Below, in pieces: positions 61,805 through 64,000 of a DNA stretch of 64,000 nt. The number at the start of each line of letters is the position of its first letter. Position 1 is the stretch's first letter. The notes below the pieces were generated by a model, which saw nothing but the letters and a program-made list of their open reading frames with translations, made no database searches and was not told where the DNA came from. This DNA comes from Octopus sinensis. Its lineage: Eukaryota. The stretch covers positions 2,046,001-2,110,000 of the forward strand of contig NC_043021.1 in assembly GCF_006345805.1 (NCBI RefSeq), given 5' to 3'. The position numbers and the translations under genes are program-made.

Positions 61805-62842
61805 GATTGATGATGGAACCCGATTGACGCAAGAGATCGGAGAGAGAGAGACAGAGCAGAAAAGAGGGTGTGTGAGTAGAGTGGCAGCACAGCAGTGACA
61901 CCACTTGGCGATGGCGGTTTCTAAGGGCAGATAACTTGTTATTCAGAGGGCGGTGAAGGTGCGTGGCTTAGTGGTTAGGGGTATTCGGCTCATAATCGTA
62001 AGGTCGTGAGTTCAATTCCCGGCGGCGCGTTGTGTCCTTGAGCAAGACCATTTTAGTGGGCCCGGTGCGCGCACACGCGTACTCGCGCGTCCGCGCTAAC
62101 TGGTGACTAGTCGATCCTTTCTTTGTTTTTGTGTTTTATTTACTTTGTTTAACAAAAATTATTTACTTTGTGTAAAAAAATGATTTATTTTGTGTTTTAT
62201 TTACTTTGCTAGGTAGTCGTTGTAGGATCGACTAGTCACGACTAGCTAGCGCAGATGCACGAGTGCGCGCACCGGGACCACTCTTTTTAAGCAGTACCGA
62301 CACTTGGTCATTCGATTCCATCGGCTCTAGGTTCAAACTGGGACTTATTTTGTCAACCTCGAAGGGTAAAAGGCAAAAATCAACCTCGGTGGAATTTGAG
62401 CTCAGAAAATAAAGCCGGAACAAATGCAACTAAGCATTTTGTCCGGCTTCAGCCAGCTCGCCGCCTTTCGGCCTCATTTAATTTGTCATTCTTTGTGACG
62501 GTAAGTTGTAATTTGAGAAAGAGGTGGGATTTGACTGCTATTTCTAGTAGGTCATGCAACCGCGTTGTTTCGTAATTAAATGAATTGTTCTTTAGTTACA
62601 AATCAGTCTTAATCGAAGAGACTTTTGACCAAAGGCCTTCTTGAGTCGAGATCGTCTCGCCTCCCTTTTTCTTTTTTTTTAAATTATATCCAGATTGTAT
62701 TCTGTTCTGCTTCAGCTAATGTCTGTGGAATTAGCGTATGATCTGAGGGAATTTAACTGCTATTTCTAGTATTTCGAACAACTACGTTGAAGTTATACGA
62801 ATTGCGGCTGTTGTTGAAGCAGAGCTAACAACGACAACGAAC
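61805..62842. promoter_or_regulatory. CpG-rich divergent promoter region between SSR3 and PSMD9
   Basis: Start codons face away from each other 1.04 kb apart; high CpG density. Confidence 0.65.
62055..62282. mobile_element. GC-rich-TIR MITE with AT-rich core, truncating a SINE head
   Basis: agtgggcccggtgcgcgcac / gtgcgcgcaccgggaccact outer match (19/20) and gtgactagtcgatcct / aggatcgactagtcac inner match. No clear target duplication. Confidence 0.75.
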
Positions 62843-62914
62843 ATGGAGGAACTTATGAAGAAAAAGAAAGAAATCGAAGACGAAATCAGCGAATATGGCG
62901 AAATACTGGAACAG
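62843..62914 (+). CDS. PSMD9: Probable 26S proteasome assembly chaperone p27 (PSMD9) exon 1 (MEELMKKKKEIEDEISEYGEILEQ)
   Basis: Resembles the human PSMD9 N-terminal helix VQELMRRKEEIEAQIKANYDVLES; ends CAG/GTTTGT; in-frame TGA upstream at 62744-62746. Only 24 codons visible. Confidence 0.65.
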
Positions 62915-63422
62915 GTTTGTAGAGGGACCACGTTTTATTATTTAATATGAACACTGGAAACATAAGACACCAGTTTATTGATCTAATTCTATGAAATATT
63001 GCGATAATATTGGGTAAATGGTGGAAGTTGTGTGTTTAATTTTAAACGATCATCGAAGAAAACAAACGAATACATTTCAGTGACAAATTCCAGATTTCGC
63101 CCCTTTTTTTCATGGCTAGGGTTTAAACTCATTGGCATGACTACACAAGTGACCCCTTCTGACTTCGTTTCGTCATAACTTTCAGAAAATGGATATTTTG
63201 TAGTGAAGTTTTCTATATATACACTTCAGATGGTGTAGGTTCCGGTTATATTGGAATATAATGGTAAATAAAATAAAATTGGTGAGCATGTACACGCACA
63301 AACTGATACGCACCCTCCACACACACATTGGAAAAATGAAACTTGAAATTTTGAAAAAAAATATGTAACGTGAGACAGTATGTCAGCACGTTTACCAATT
63401 TTGTTTTCACATTAAATTCTGA

Positions 63423-63697
63423 GGCATTCTTTCGATATAACTCGACAAAATCAAACCACTTCACTTCGGGTATTTCCGTGGAAGCAAATGACAGTTTGAT
63501 TCTGTTTTCTGCTTGGAAATTTGCAGATTTTACATACACACACGAAACTGGTAAGAACAAATATGCAAGACTTTTTTTTGCTTCAAGTTTCAAATTAGAC
63601 ATTGCTGGCATAATTTCGTTATATCTATATTCCACAACCCACGGAAATACCCGAAGTGGAATGTTTTGATTTTGTCGAGTTATATCGAAGGAATGCC
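63423..63697. mobile_element. 275-bp MITE, 59-bp TIRs starting GGCATTC, 8-bp target duplication AATTCTGA
   Basis: 63423-63481 is the reverse complement of 63639-63697 (4 mismatches); AATTCTGA at 63415-63422 and 63698-63705. Confidence 0.88.
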
Positions 63698-64000
63698 AAT
63701 TCTGATATAATTGTAATTTATACCATCTGAAAGGTATTTTAGAAAATTTAATTAAAGAATACTAATTTTTTCTGTAAGGTATGAGGAAACAAAGTCGAAT
63801 GGCACATTTGCGTAGGTATGCTAACATATTTTCGCATACGCCAAAATAACCTGAATGGTGACATTGCAGAGTTTATGCCAATAAAATATAGTTTGATCAA
63901 ATAATCTTTGTTGAAGGATACTCTTTTACTTGTTTCAGTCATTTGACTGTGGCCATGCTGGAGCAACGCCTATAGTCGAGCAAATCGACCTTGGGACTTA

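Overview
AT-rich, intron- and repeat-rich eukaryotic DNA. The SINE families, microsatellites and gene structures fit an octopod cephalopod (inference, not proven). Four conserved host genes were rebuilt exon by exon from splice signals and translation. UBE2D/UbcH5 (+): last four coding exons, 4283-18133; exons 1-2 not found and probably upstream. METTL14 (+): complete, 10 exons, 37560-52265, 481 aa. SSR3/TRAP-gamma (-): complete, 5 exons, 61804-55607, 188 aa, last intron U12-type. A probable PSMD9 first exon (+, 62843-62914) lies head-to-head with SSR3. Between UBE2D and METTL14 sits a Helitron (-) whose Rep half is an unbroken ~990-codon ORF with altered catalytic motifs, while its PIF1 helicase half has about 8 stops/frameshifts. 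The rest is SINEs, RTE LINE ends, mariner/Tc1/hAT remnants and several MITEs. Best leads: (1) a tRNA-headed repeat carrying a Penelope-type minimal hammerhead ribozyme motif in a METTL14 intron; (2) possible ORF-preserving selection on a catalytically altered Helitron Rep; (3) three candidate stop-containing cassette/micro-exons in UBE2D; (4) a cluster of near-perfect long hairpins in the METTL14 pre-mRNA and 3' UTR. All comparisons were done by eye; no database search was run.
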